Positions 10,009 to 19,857 of a stretch of 64,000 bases of DNA are shown piece by piece. Under the pieces are notes generated by a model. It had not been told where the DNA came from and did not search any database. It saw nothing but the letters and a program-made list of their open reading frames with translations. Origin of the DNA: an uncultured Nitrososphaerota archaeon (GTDB taxonomy: Archaea; Thermoproteota; Nitrososphaeria; Nitrososphaerales; CADDZS01); NCBI GenBank assembly GCA_963799845.1, contig CAWCYI010000004.1, positions 928,001 through 992,000 of the forward strand. Direction: 5' to 3'. Positions within the stretch are counted from its first letter, which is position 1, and each line of letters opens with the position of its first letter. The translations under genes were made by a program, and so were the position numbers.

Positions 10009-11038
10009 TCAGGGCATAGCTTCTGCAACCTTCAAAAGCTCGTTTTCCGAAATTCTCCCCGGTGAATAGACGGACAAGCGTCTTTGGAGCATTCTCAAGA
10101 CCCACGACAATGTCCTCTTTCTGCTTCAAGCGGCCTTCGCGGAGCCAGCCCGAGATAGCCTGGATCGCTTCCGGGAAGCGTGAAACATAATCCAGCACGA
10201 GGAAACCTTCCATCCGACTCCGCCGAGCTATGAGGATTGTGTAGTTCACAGGGCCGTACGGCTCTGTCGTGTTGTAGCGTGATATTGCACCGCAAAGCAC
10301 TATCCGCGCGTGAAGACTTATCCGCATGAGCACTTCGTCGAGGACGGGGCCGCCGACATTGTCAAAATACACATCGATTCCTTTAGGGCAAAGCTCTGAA
10401 AGCCTAGTACCAACGTTCTCGGAATGGTAGTCGATCGCCGCGTCAAAACCCGCGCCTTTGATAACCCAGTCACACTTTGCTTTCCCGCCGGCAATCCCGA
10501 TGACTCTGGACCCTTTGATTTTCGCTATCTGACCGGCAATAGAACCGACAGCACCGGCCGCGCTGGAGACGACAAAGGTCTCACCAGCTTTGCTCTGAGC
10601 GATATCGTTAACGCCAAAGTAAGCGGCGAGCCCAGTCATTCCAAAAAGGCTGAGCGCCAAGTTCGGTGGCACCCCGGGGGGAACTCTTTGCATCGTTAAG
10701 AGTCCTCTTCCATCAGTAGCGATATAGTCCTGCCAGCCGAATCCTCCTAAGACAAGTTCCCCGACCTTGTAGTCCGGACGGCGCGATTCCACAATCTGAC
10801 CGACTGCAAAGGCTGGCATCACCTCGTCTAGGGGAATCTTCGGGACGTAAGTGTCACGGGACATCCAGCCTCTCTGCGTGGGGTCAAACGAGAGCCAGAG
10901 GTTGCGAATCAGTACCTCTCCTTCCTTTGGACTCGGAACCGGAGCCTCGGTCCATCGAAAATTACTTTCCTTGATCATTCCTTCGGGCCTGGAGCTAAGG
11001 AGCCACTGACGATTTGTTTGTTGCATTAGTGATGTCAA
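10009..11038 (-). CDS. NADP-dependent oxidoreductase, CurA/PTGR family (frameshift near the C-terminus)
   Basis: WLSFDP, VSSAAGAVGS, GIDVYFDNVGG and GENFGK; canonical end (LLKVAE) is in another frame. Confidence 0.93.
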
Positions 11039-11437
11039 CTATCTGACAGGTAACCCTCACTTAAGTTACCGAGACGATCTTCAATTTTGAGAACATACTG
11101 ACAGAATTTATCGTTTCATTCCGTCCTCTACTGGCACAAAAGGGGATCAAAAGTGCAAAAAAAATTGGAAGGGCGCCACCCTGCGCGAATCCCGTTTCTG
11201 TCTTGAGCAGGGAATCTGCTCCAAAGGTACTCGGACCTAATTAGGGTCAAATCCCCAGAGATCGTCCCCATCGATTCATAGTCTTGGAAAGTTGTACAAT
11301 AATTTGGATGTCTACTTGTTTTTGACACCTCGAAGCATTTCAAAACAATGGGGGACCGGAAAAATCGAGCCCCCTCAATTTCAAATTGTATCGGCCTGCT
11401 TGGTGTCCGCCTTGAGCAACCGTAGACGATCCTCATT

Positions 11438-12532
11438 TCAGTGCGTACCTGGAGGAAATATGATCGTTCTCGCGTCCCAGTACGTCTGATCTGTGTAGTG
11501 GATATAATCCGGATTCTTTCCATTTTCCACCGCAAAATAGTACGAGAATAGATAGGGAGGAATTACGCTCAGAAACGGGGAGAGGTACTCGTGGATTTTA
11601 TTGATGCGCATGACGTAGTCGGCGTCAAAATCTGAAAGATCGCTAACCACCATAGTCTTCGCGCCTATCTTTTTTGAGGCAGCCAATAGATCTCTCGTTC
11701 TCTCGATCGAGGGCCCGGATGGAGCCAATGCAACGACAAGCGTCTGCTTGTTAAACGACATTGCCGGACCGTGAAGGATCTCTTCAAGCTCCATCCCCTC
11801 TGCCGCGAGGTAACTTGCCTCCTTGATTTTGAGTGCAGCTTCTCTGGCCGTGACAAAGTTAGGACCCGCGCCTGCAAAAAATATCTTTGATACGTTTCGA
11901 AGCTCGCTCGCGGCTTTCCTCGCCGGCTCGTCCATCCTGGAAATTGTTGATTCGATTTCGTCTGCAAGTTTCGTTTCAAATTCTTTCTTCACGTTTTGGA
12001 GCTCAGTATTGGCAGGTTGAGCAAATTTCAGCGAGAGTGCGAACACAGCCGCGGCAGAATTAGTGTACGCCTTTGTGTGGCATCTGGATTTATCGGGCGA
12101 GTCGCCGATGACAAGAGTACTGTCGACAACCTTGGAAATGGGCCTGTCCGCAAAGTGCGTCACTCCAATAGTTTTAGATCCATTGGACCTTGCTCTAGAT
12201 AGCGCATCTAGAGTAGATTTTGTGATGCCGCTGTGCGATACTCCAACAGTCACCAGCGGCTTCCTTCCAAGCCGTTCGTAGTTTACGAGTTCGAAAGCTG
12301 GCACTGCGCGCCAATCCCTTTCAGAGAGATTCAAAACCTGCGAGCCCATCATGGCTGAATACAGCGCGGTTCCGTTACCCGTGAAAACCAACTGGCTTTG
12401 GGCAGATGGGTCTAGTGTAAAATCGGAAATGGTTCGAAGGGTGGATTTGAAACCTTTCGGGATGTCCCTTATCATATCGTAAGTGAGATATGGATGAGAG
12501 TTTCGCTCCGCGACCAGTGCCGGTGTGCTCAT
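11438..12532 (-). CDS. Double SIS-domain sugar-phosphate isomerase/deaminase (GlmS/AgaS-like)
   Basis: SHSG, HTKAYT, AREAALKIKE, EEILHGP and GKNPD. Confidence 0.9.
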   Translation of the reverse strand: MSTPALVAERNSHPYLTYDMIRDIPKGFKSTLRTISDFTLDPSAQSQLVFTGNGTALYSAMMGSQVLNLSERDWRAVPAFELVNYERLGRKPLVTVGVSHSGITKSTLDALSRARSNGSKTIGVTHFADRPISKVVDSTLVIGDSPDKSRCHTKAYTNSAAAVFALSLKFAQPANTELQNVKKEFETKLADEIESTISRMDEPARKAASELRNVSKIFFAGAGPNFVTAREAALKIKEASYLAAEGMELEEILHGPAMSFNKQTLVVALAPSGPSIERTRDLLAASKKIGAKTMVVSDLSDFDADYVMRINKIHEYLSPFLSVIPPYLFSYYFAVENGKNPDYIHYTDQTYWDARTIIFPPGTH

Positions 12533-12783
12533 GTTTTTGAAATTACCAAGTTGATTACCTCTAGGATCGATTATGTAACGTTTCAGGTATAGATAGCGTC
12601 AGAGGACCTTTCGTAGGGCAAGAATATTTCTTTGGAAACCCGTTATTCTCTTTGCAACTGACCGAAATTCGCCCTGTCTTCGAATTTTTGCTCTGACTAT
12701 CTCTCAGTAGTCTTCAAATTGTATGGAATCCAAGTTTGTTTGCGGTCAAGTTGTTGTCTCAGGAGCCCCTCTGTTGGAATCTC

Positions 12784-12830
12784 GGCTCAGCATCTAGGTG
12801 GAAAAGTCGATTCTACTGCGAGTTGCTCTA
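12784..12830 (+). repeat. Repeat family 2, copy 1
   Basis: GGCTCAGCATCTAGGTGGAAAAGTCGATTCTACTGCGAGTTGCTCTA. Confidence 0.9.
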
Positions 12831-12924
12831 AGCGGATTTCCTCATTTCTAGCCAAAAACAAGGTCAAATGAAGCAAGCAGCTATATAGAGAAGTTTCCTC
12901 TTTTTCAAAGCTCTTGCAAACTTA

Positions 12925-13386
12925 ATGCTTGAGAAAAATGTGTCTGAAGCGAAAAGCCCTAGGAAGACTCTCGAAATCGAAGCGGCGAGCTTCCTCCTTG
13001 GTGTCGCTGGTCTGTTTTTCCTGCTTGAGGGCATGATACATTACGCTGACTTTTTCATCACAGCACATGAAGGGAATAATTCCCTAGTTCCGGTGTCTTT
13101 GATACTTGGGAGCATCGCGATTGGGCTATTGTATTTTCTTCTTGCGTGTTTGTGTTTGCAGAACCAAGGAAATGCGTGGTTCTTCGGTTTTGCAGCAGTT
13201 TTTGCTGGACTGCTTTCAATATCCTACTTCATAATCGAGATTGTTGAGTCCCTTGGGCCGAAGTTTTATTTTTTTGGGTCTTTCAATTATGTTCAATTCA
13301 TTACCGGATACGGATCTGTTACGATTCTTGCAGAGCTATTAATCGTATTTTTCTCTTACAGAGTCTTGAAGACACTTTCGACTTAG
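12925..13386 (+). CDS. Hypothetical 4-TM membrane protein
   Basis: ATG start and four hydrophobic segments; lies between two family-2 repeats. Confidence 0.75.
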   Translation: MLEKNVSEAKSPRKTLEIEAASFLLGVAGLFFLLEGMIHYADFFITAHEGNNSLVPVSLILGSIAIGLLYFLLACLCLQNQGNAWFFGFAAVFAGLLSISYFIIEIVESLGPKFYFFGSFNYVQFITGYGSVTILAELLIVFFSYRVLKTLST

Positions 13387-13403
13387 TTAGAGAAGGAAAA
13401 GCC

Positions 13404-13457
13404 CTCAGCATCGCGAAAGAAAAGTCGATTCTACTGCGAGTTGTTCTGGAGAGATAA
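13404..13457 (+). repeat. Repeat family 2, copy 2
   Basis: CTCAGCATCGCGAAAGAAAAGTCGATTCTACTGCGAGTTGTTCTGGAGAGATAA. Confidence 0.9.
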
Positions 13458-13574
13458 AACGCTGTTCGTACCCTTACGATTCCGCCGACCCCTTGGTAAT
13501 TCGAAAGTTCAATCCTCTGTAGTTCACGCACTAGAGCAATTGCTTGCCAAATCCAGAACTTCACGTATTACAAT

Positions 13575-13958
13575 CTATTCGACCATTTTCCAATATGAAT
13601 CCTTTCGGACTATCTTGCCGTTTCTGAATTCGAAGAGATCACAGCCTCTTACGGCTACGTGCTCCCCAGACTTCTTCGTGCCTGTAAGCAACCATTCAGA
13701 GGCACCCCTGTCCCCACATACCCAATGTGTATCTTCGCCGTAGTGCACATCAGGGATGCCCGCAAAGCGGGTGGCAAGGCCCTCCCTGACCTTTGCCTTC
13801 CCCACAAATCTTGTTCCCCACGGTTCGGTTCCGCGTGGAAGGTCGAATGTGCAGTCATCTACGAAGAATTCCATGATATCGTCCAAGTCGTGTCGATTGA
13901 AAGCATCTAGAAACTTCCTAAGAACATCGATTTGATCAACTTCCTTTTTTTCTGCCAT
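13575..13958 (-). CDS. NTF2/SnoaL-like domain protein
   Basis: DAFNRHDLD, RFAGIPDV and GCDLFEFRNGKIVRKDSYW. Confidence 0.92.
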   Translation of the reverse strand: MAEKKEVDQIDVLRKFLDAFNRHDLDDIMEFFVDDCTFDLPRGTEPWGTRFVGKAKVREGLATRFAGIPDVHYGEDTHWVCGDRGASEWLLTGTKKSGEHVAVRGCDLFEFRNGKIVRKDSYWKMVE

Positions 13959-14157
13959 ATCGGGATAAACTTTGGCAAAGAGGTGAGATAAAGAATTCGC
14001 GCGGGGTCACCAATGTCCGACTTAGGTCAATGGGAAGCTATCAGTTAAGTCCCATGCTGCGATCTTGTTTAGCCGGACACGATGGGACTATCCCCGCAAG
14101 ACATACCCTCACAGCATGCTCTAAATCCGTTCTTTTTCTTTTAACTAATGAAAGTCT

Positions 14158-14204
14158 GGCTCAGCAACGCGATGGAAAAGTCGATTCTACTGCGAGTTGC
14201 TCTA
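14158..14204 (+). repeat. Repeat family 2, copy 3
   Basis: 32 nt identical to copy 1 (TGGAAAAGTCGATTCTACTGCGAGTTGCTCTA). Confidence 0.9.
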
Positions 14205-14276
14205 TTGGATCGTTCTTCCAAACTTTCTTTTGTTATAATTAATAGTAATCGGAGTCCGATGCCATTTTCTTACTTT

Positions 14277-14837
14277 TCAATCGTTCTTCTTGTCGGACTG
14301 ATACCGAAGCAGCGTGACTCCCGATTCAAACATCTTGGCTTCTATGAGTTTCAGGTTCATTACACTTGTTCCGCGTTTGAAAAGATGCTTCCCCTTCCCA
14401 AGAACTAGAGGATACACCCACAGATTATAATGATCGATGAGATTTTGTTGCGCCAAGCTATTCACCAGCTCGCAACTTCCGAAAATCAAGATGTTACCCC
14501 GAACTTGTTCTTCCTTCAATTTGGATACTTCCTTCGTGACGTTTTCCTTGATTAGCGTTGAATTATTCCATTTAGCTTCTTTCAGTGTGGTTGAGACGAC
14601 GTATTTCGGTAGGCTGTTCATTCTATCGGCATATCCTGTCGGATCCTTTGGCATCGAAGGCCACGCAGCGGCAAAACCTTCGTAAGTTGCTCGTCCGAAT
14701 AGAAGAGCATCGCTCGTGAATAACTCATCGACTTTGACCTTCAGGTAGTCTTCGGTTGGTTGGAATTGGAATGCCCACTGGGGATCCTCCATGACACTGT
14801 CCAATGTCAGGAATTCTGAAACAATTATTTTTCTCAT
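14277..14837 (-). CDS. Dihydrofolate reductase family (RibD C-terminal-like) protein
   Basis: MRKIIVSEFLTLD, LFGRATY, PKYVVSTTL and YPLVLGKG. Confidence 0.92.
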   Translation of the reverse strand: MRKIIVSEFLTLDSVMEDPQWAFQFQPTEDYLKVKVDELFTSDALLFGRATYEGFAAAWPSMPKDPTGYADRMNSLPKYVVSTTLKEAKWNNSTLIKENVTKEVSKLKEEQVRGNILIFGSCELVNSLAQQNLIDHYNLWVYPLVLGKGKHLFKRGTSVMNLKLIEAKMFESGVTLLRYQSDKKND

Positions 14838-14956
14838 GTTTGCTTTCTCGGTTTGGTGAACTATCGGCCAACTCTTCATAAGTCTTGGTTTGCATGAATT
14901 TCTAAGTAACCGACTTTTGAAATCAAGAAATTCCATTTCAAATTACCGAAGACTTG

Positions 14957-14988
14957 TTCAAGCTATCCAATGATATTGGAGGGTAGCC
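14957..14988 (+). repeat. Repeat family 3 hairpin, copy 1
   Basis: TCAAGCTATCCAATGATATTGGAGGGTAGCC; similar to 23363-23393. Confidence 0.55.
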
Positions 14989-15460
14989 CTGTATGAAGTA
15001 GCTTCACGGATTGCTCTAAATTTGTTCCTAGTGACGGACCCCCTCATCACTAGCATAGCGGGAACCATTATCGGTAAGACTAAAGCCAGTCCAAGGAAAA
15101 CACTTGAGTGGCCTGCGAGCTACTAACAGTGAAAGTAGAAGGGACCGTTTGCCGTTGTTAAACTAACCTTGCAGGGGCAGGCTTAAAGCTGTCAGGGAAG
15201 AACAAGAGATTGATTCCATTACCTTGGTTAGGGTTTTTCTGTCAACAATTTTCTCCAGTTTTGGAAAAAATGGTTGATGAAAAGCAAAGGCATTATTTTT
15301 TGAAAAATATCTTGACCTCATGCTTTAAGAATCAGGACTACACATTGCTCTCTTTGCTGTCTTGTTAGATCCGACGCAAACTGAAATCGATTTGGGAAGC
15401 ATGATTTGTTTCCGTTCTATCGAAAAATCTGATCAAGCCTTCGGCAGTTAGAAAAAAAGT

Positions 15461-16279
15461 TTGACAACTCAACCCGGTACTTCTCCCTCTCATGCTACTC
15501 GAAATAGCATTCTAACCGTAATCATTATCGCATCAATTGTCTCCGTTGCGATCTTGAGCAGCAGCGGTATTGCATTTCAAAATTCCTCTAAAGTACCAGC
15601 AACCGAAACTATTGTTGAAACCTCGACTGGCATTGTTATTCTTACAACTGTAGAACAGGTTACGACTTCGGTTTCTTATCCAGTTACTCAAACAGTGATC
15701 TCCGTTACTCCCATAACCAGCGTGGAAGAAATTCCCACAACTATAATAGAAAACAGCACCACTGAGACTGTCGATGTAACCTCGGTTGGAACGCTATACT
15801 CTACTGTATACCAAACTCAAACTTCTCTGGTCTATTTCTTTACAACCGAAATTCAATATTCTGTCGTAACACAGAAAAGCACTTCGACTTTCGTAGTCAC
15901 TGTAACTCACACCAGCGGAACTGCAACCAGCACGATTACTGCTACCACAACTCCAACTGTTACTCAGACTGCAACTACAACTTTATCCACATTTACTACC
16001 ACTATAACTTCTCCAACCACAGCAACTACCACCCTTTCAACCGCGACCACTACTACTACCCTTCCGACTACAGTTACTACGACTCTCTCCACCGTTACCC
16101 TTACCACATCAATAACCAAAACAACAACCCTCAGCACCGCAACTACAACTGATACGGTTCCTACCACCACAACAACAACGACCGGAGGATCGACAGTCAC
16201 TCAGACAGTGCCGACTACGGTCACGACCACGGTTACAACAACGTGTACGACCACTGCAGGTTTGGGTGGCAACTGTTAG
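15461..16279 (+). CDS. Thr-rich, mucin-like membrane-anchored surface protein
   Basis: N-terminal TM segment, four TTTLST units and a terminal Cys pair. Confidence 0.8.
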   Translation: MTTQPGTSPSHATRNSILTVIIIASIVSVAILSSSGIAFQNSSKVPATETIVETSTGIVILTTVEQVTTSVSYPVTQTVISVTPITSVEEIPTTIIENSTTETVDVTSVGTLYSTVYQTQTSLVYFFTTEIQYSVVTQKSTSTFVVTVTHTSGTATSTITATTTPTVTQTATTTLSTFTTTITSPTTATTTLSTATTTTTLPTTVTTTLSTVTLTTSITKTTTLSTATTTDTVPTTTTTTTGGSTVTQTVPTTVTTTVTTTCTTTAGLGGNC

Positions 16280-16381
16280 ATTCTCTTATTCGTCCTCAGT
16301 TATTATCGATATTTTGTTAACAAAGAATATCATTTGTCAATCTGCTTGACAAGATCCGACTCCATGACTCCCTCATTATCG

Positions 16382-16498
16382 ATGCAAGCCTATGAAGAGG
16401 TCGGAAAACTGATGGATGACAAGAGCGAGCAAGTCAAAGGAAAGCTGGAGCAGGCCAAGGGCGAAGTAAAGAAAGACTTGGGAAAAGCAAGCCAATAA
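16382..16498 (+). CDS. CsbD-like small protein (38 aa, possibly N-truncated; not in the ORF track)
   Basis: Hand translation MQAYEEVGKLMDDKSEQVKGKLEQAKGEVKKDLGKASQ matches the CsbD GKLTDD..GK.EQ.KG pattern. Confidence 0.65.
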   Translation: MQAYEEVGKLMDDKSEQVKGKLEQAKGEVKKDLGKASQ

Positions 16499-17083
16499 AA
16501 TCTAAACGTAGGCCACGTGATTCTTATCAGAGGTATTTTTCCAAATATCTCCTTTCAGCTTAACTTTGCCGGATTGTTCAAAAATAACGAGGTTCTATTT
16601 TCTTGATACTGTTTGAAATTTCAGATAGACAGAGGACCCAATTCAAGACATATGAGACTAGGATCTGCTGTTTGTATTTTGGATTGGCTAAGTTCCGAAA
16701 TGAATGTTGACATTGGAACGAGTGTTCCAAAACTCAATCGATCGGTTTGTAGTCTGTGTGAATTGTTTTCTTATCTGATTGCCGATAATAGGTTGACTAG
16801 CATTCATGATATGTAGAACTATCGTCTTTCCAAGACTGGGCAATGTTTCTGGATGGTCTCAGGAAACAATATTAGTTACCGTTGGATTTTCTGACGGACC
16901 CTGGTGATACGAAAGCCGATCGTTCATTTGTCCCGTGAAAATTGAAGAAAAAATTCGTTATGCCCATCTTAATTGACCGCTTTCTTATTATCACTCCCAC
17001 AGATGCTCTGACGCGGGAAAGTCGTGAAGCATCGAGACTGAACGAAGATAATTGGTTTGATGAGTACTTTCTCGGAATTGAAT

Positions 17084-18211
17084 TAACCTGGCCGACATAA
17101 GTTCATAGACACCTGTTGGTCAGAAGGAATTTCTTCATGTCAAGATGCGAGCAAAACCTTCGCGTTCGATAGTATTCTGCCAGGATTGATTTCAGTTCTT
17201 TCAATGACGTCGGAAAGGTTGGAAGCCTTGAGAGATCCTTCTCACCCTCGCGCCAACACTCCTCCATCATGTTGAACTCTGGCGAAGCTGTCGGGATCCA
17301 TCTGACTCTGAGAGTCTTCCTGTTCTTACCCAAATAATCAGTTACGATCCTGGTTTTGTGGTGTTGCCTTGCTTTGTCAAGGAAGAGATAGAGTGATCCA
17401 AACTTCCTGTGCACCTTCTTCAGGTAGTCGAGGAATGTCTCGCCATTGAATTTCTCGTACTGCCTGAAGATTTGTGTCCCGTCCAGGCTGATCGCTCCAA
17501 ACACCACGGTGTTGCCGTGCGAGCCTGACACAATCCGAATCGGTCGAATCCCTTTGACCGCCCACACCCTTTTGGTTTCTATGTTCTGGACGAAGATTGA
17601 TTCGTCTTCGGATGCTACGGTGAAGCCTTCCGGGATATTCCTGAGGAGTCTTGCGGTCCTTTTTTAAATTCGAGCCTCTCTTCGAGGGAAGCCTTGTGAA
17701 GTAACCTCTTGTCAGGGACAATTGCTCTCACTCCCCACTTCTGCATCAACCTGTAGATGTGTCTCTCAGTGTATGCCACGTCTGCTTCCTTGCGGATCAT
17801 CTCCCTGACCTCCTTCACGGTCCAGCCGCATTCGTTCTTCACGACCTTCCTCTTCACCGCAATGAACTTGTTGTGATCGAGCTTCGGAGGTCTCCCGCTC
17901 CTTTCCATCGTCTTGAGTCCTTCTAGCCCATCTTTCTCGAAACGTCTAAGCCACGGTGTCGTCCATGATTTGTGCCGGTGAACTTCCCTTGCTACGTGCG
18001 ACGCCGGGACACCCTCGTACTTGACCTTCAGAACGAGGAATATCCTCTTGCTTACGTTTGCGTCCCTCTCCTCTCTATAAGCCTCTTCAACAATCTCCTT
18101 CGGTGCCTGTAATCGAGACATACAACCTGAGATAGGAAGGGAAGTTGGCCAAAAATGAGAATGTCTAGGTCTGTGGCCCTTTCAGTCTAATAATTTATGT
18201 CGGCCAGGTTA
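17084..18211 (-). mobile_element. IS630-family insertion sequence, apparently complete
   Basis: Perfect 17-bp inverted ends TAACCTGGCCGACATAA / TTATGTCGGCCAGGTTA, including the TA target duplication; two-ORF transposase. Confidence 0.95.
17103..18121 (-). CDS. IS630 transposase (HTH ORF + DDE ORF joined by a -1 frameshift)
   Basis: RSGRPPKL HTH; DES, LFLDKARQH and SPEFNMMEECW DDE motifs; slippery TTTAAAAAAG at about 17659-17668. Confidence 0.92.
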
Positions 18212-18227
18212 GATTGAGGAATTTGTA

Positions 18228-18521
18228 ATGGAAGAGGACGATATCAAAAATAGAAAATGGGATTCTCGGGAAAGGGAGATGAATAGAATTCATAAACTTC
18301 GCTCCAAACGTGGTCTCAGTCCCCAACCTAAGACGAGAAAATTCGATCCGAGAAAAAGGTTCAAATCCATGCTGGTCTGTTTGAGCGTCTTCCTCTTTTC
18401 AACTCTATTCTTGTTGTGGAGCTTGAATGTTCCGGGAGCCCTTTTTCAGGAATTTTTCTCAATGATAGGCACGCTTTTTCGGGGACATTCTTGGCTATCA
18501 ATTACGGCAAGGACGCAATAA
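18228..18521 (+). CDS. Hypothetical membrane protein
   Basis: Basic N-terminus followed by a TM segment. Confidence 0.6.
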   Translation: MEEDDIKNRKWDSREREMNRIHKLRSKRGLSPQPKTRKFDPRKRFKSMLVCLSVFLFSTLFLLWSLNVPGALFQEFFSMIGTLFRGHSWLSITARTQ

Positions 18522-18590
18522 TGACACTCTTTTATTTACTCACCAAAAGTTCTCTGAGATAATCAATCTGGAATCAATGGGGCAAGTATC

Positions 18591-18752
18591 ATGTCCAAAG
18601 CTAATGTTATTTGCGAAAGTTGCAGGGCAGCAAATCATAGAGAGTGCCAAGCCCCGATATCCCTATCTGTAACTCAAGACGGGAGAATAAAGAATACAAG
18701 TTATGTATGCTGCGACAACGTAGTGAGCTGGATCGAACAGACTGTTATCTAG
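18591..18752 (+). CDS. Small Cys/His-rich putative zinc-binding protein (53 aa; not in the ORF track)
   Basis: MSKANVICESCRAANHRECQ...YVCCDN; ATG start, TAG stop. Confidence 0.6.
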   Translation: MSKANVICESCRAANHRECQAPISLSVTQDGRIKNTSYVCCDNVVSWIEQTVI

Positions 18753-18970
18753 TCTATGATTTTGGGAGAGTGCAGTCAATCATCTTCAAGTCATGAATGT
18801 GAACTATAAGCCCCAAACTTATCGTGTATTGCTTTTGGTCACCCAACTACATTCAGTATTTATTCGATCCTAAAACAGATTAGGCCAACAAAACCGATGC
18901 AAATGAGTCGAATAGACATTTATTGGCAGTCAAGCAATCTATCTAATTATGACTTCACTTACCATTTCGA

Positions 18971-19222
18971 TTGAACACAACAACTCGTACGAACTCAGCT
19001 ACCGAACTTGTCCTCACTCTTCAAGAGTCCAGAGCGGTTGTTAATCCCGTGAGTGCTCCCCAGACTGATAATTCTAGGACGACGTTGGACCTTCCAGATC
19101 TTCAAAATGATGCAAGAGAAAGAATAATGATGGAAGCTTCGAATTGGGCGAATGCCAAAGGCCTAAAGTCTATCCCAACAGTAGGCTTGCAGGATGAGAC
19201 TTACTTTTTGACGATCCGCTAG
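18971..19222 (+). CDS. Hypothetical protein
   Basis: ORF only; fills the gap and has a plausible composition. Confidence 0.5.
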   Translation: MNTTTRTNSATELVLTLQESRAVVNPVSAPQTDNSRTTLDLPDLQNDARERIMMEASNWANAKGLKSIPTVGLQDETYFLTIR

Positions 19223-19542
19223 ACAGACTATGCCAATGTTCAATATTATCTGGACTGAAATTAATCCTAATCTTCGCAGCGTTGAAACGTCTTCCTTGAC
19301 CTATTCCTTCTTTGACGGGTCTTTGGTTTTGAACCAATCCTTGTCATAATGACGCTGAAGCTGTATGGGTAAGGCTGAAGCGAAGTTGCCTGACAGATAG
19401 TAAAATTCGGCTGACCCAAAACCTAGGATGCATCCTCCCCCGTCGTCAGCGGGGCTTTTAACTCCAGCAGCCTGTTGTTTCCCGTGTCCGCGATTCACAG
19501 GTTGCCGCTGGAACACCCGCTCAGCCTCTGCCAGCTATCGCA

Positions 19543-19828
19543 TTGGCCATTCAGCTCGCCAAGAACATCTGTTTTAACGCTTATCTTACTGGCTTTAAGC
19601 TTCGAGTATCATTGGCTTCTAAAACGGAGTTTGTGTGCGTTGGCTGTACTAACAAGATTGAAATCTCAATCTCGAGATCCTCAACATATGATTATCCGGG
19701 AAGCAAAGTGCGACACACTCGGCGATATCAAGATTGATTACAAATGCTCGAAGTGCGGAACTATTAACGCTCGTTTTTGGGATGTGGAACACAACGAATA
19801 TTTTGGGACATCCTTCAATAGCGAATGA
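19543..19828 (+). CDS. Small zinc-ribbon protein (frameshift near 19695; start uncertain)
   Basis: FVCVGC in one frame and YKCSKCGTIN in the adjacent frame. Confidence 0.6.
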
Positions 19829-19857
19829 TTTGCGTTTTTTTGGGGGAACGATTCGCT

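Noticed and set aside
12801-14204. CRISPR array
   Set aside because: Spacers are about 600-730 bp and contain genes; no cas genes in the window
495-14204. Canonical integron with attC sites
   Set aside because: No intI, no RYYYAAC/GTTRRRY boxes, and the genes are in mixed orientation; kept only as an analogy
19301-19516. Minus-strand 71-aa ORF
   Set aside because: No recognisable motif and a weak start; cannot be supported as a gene
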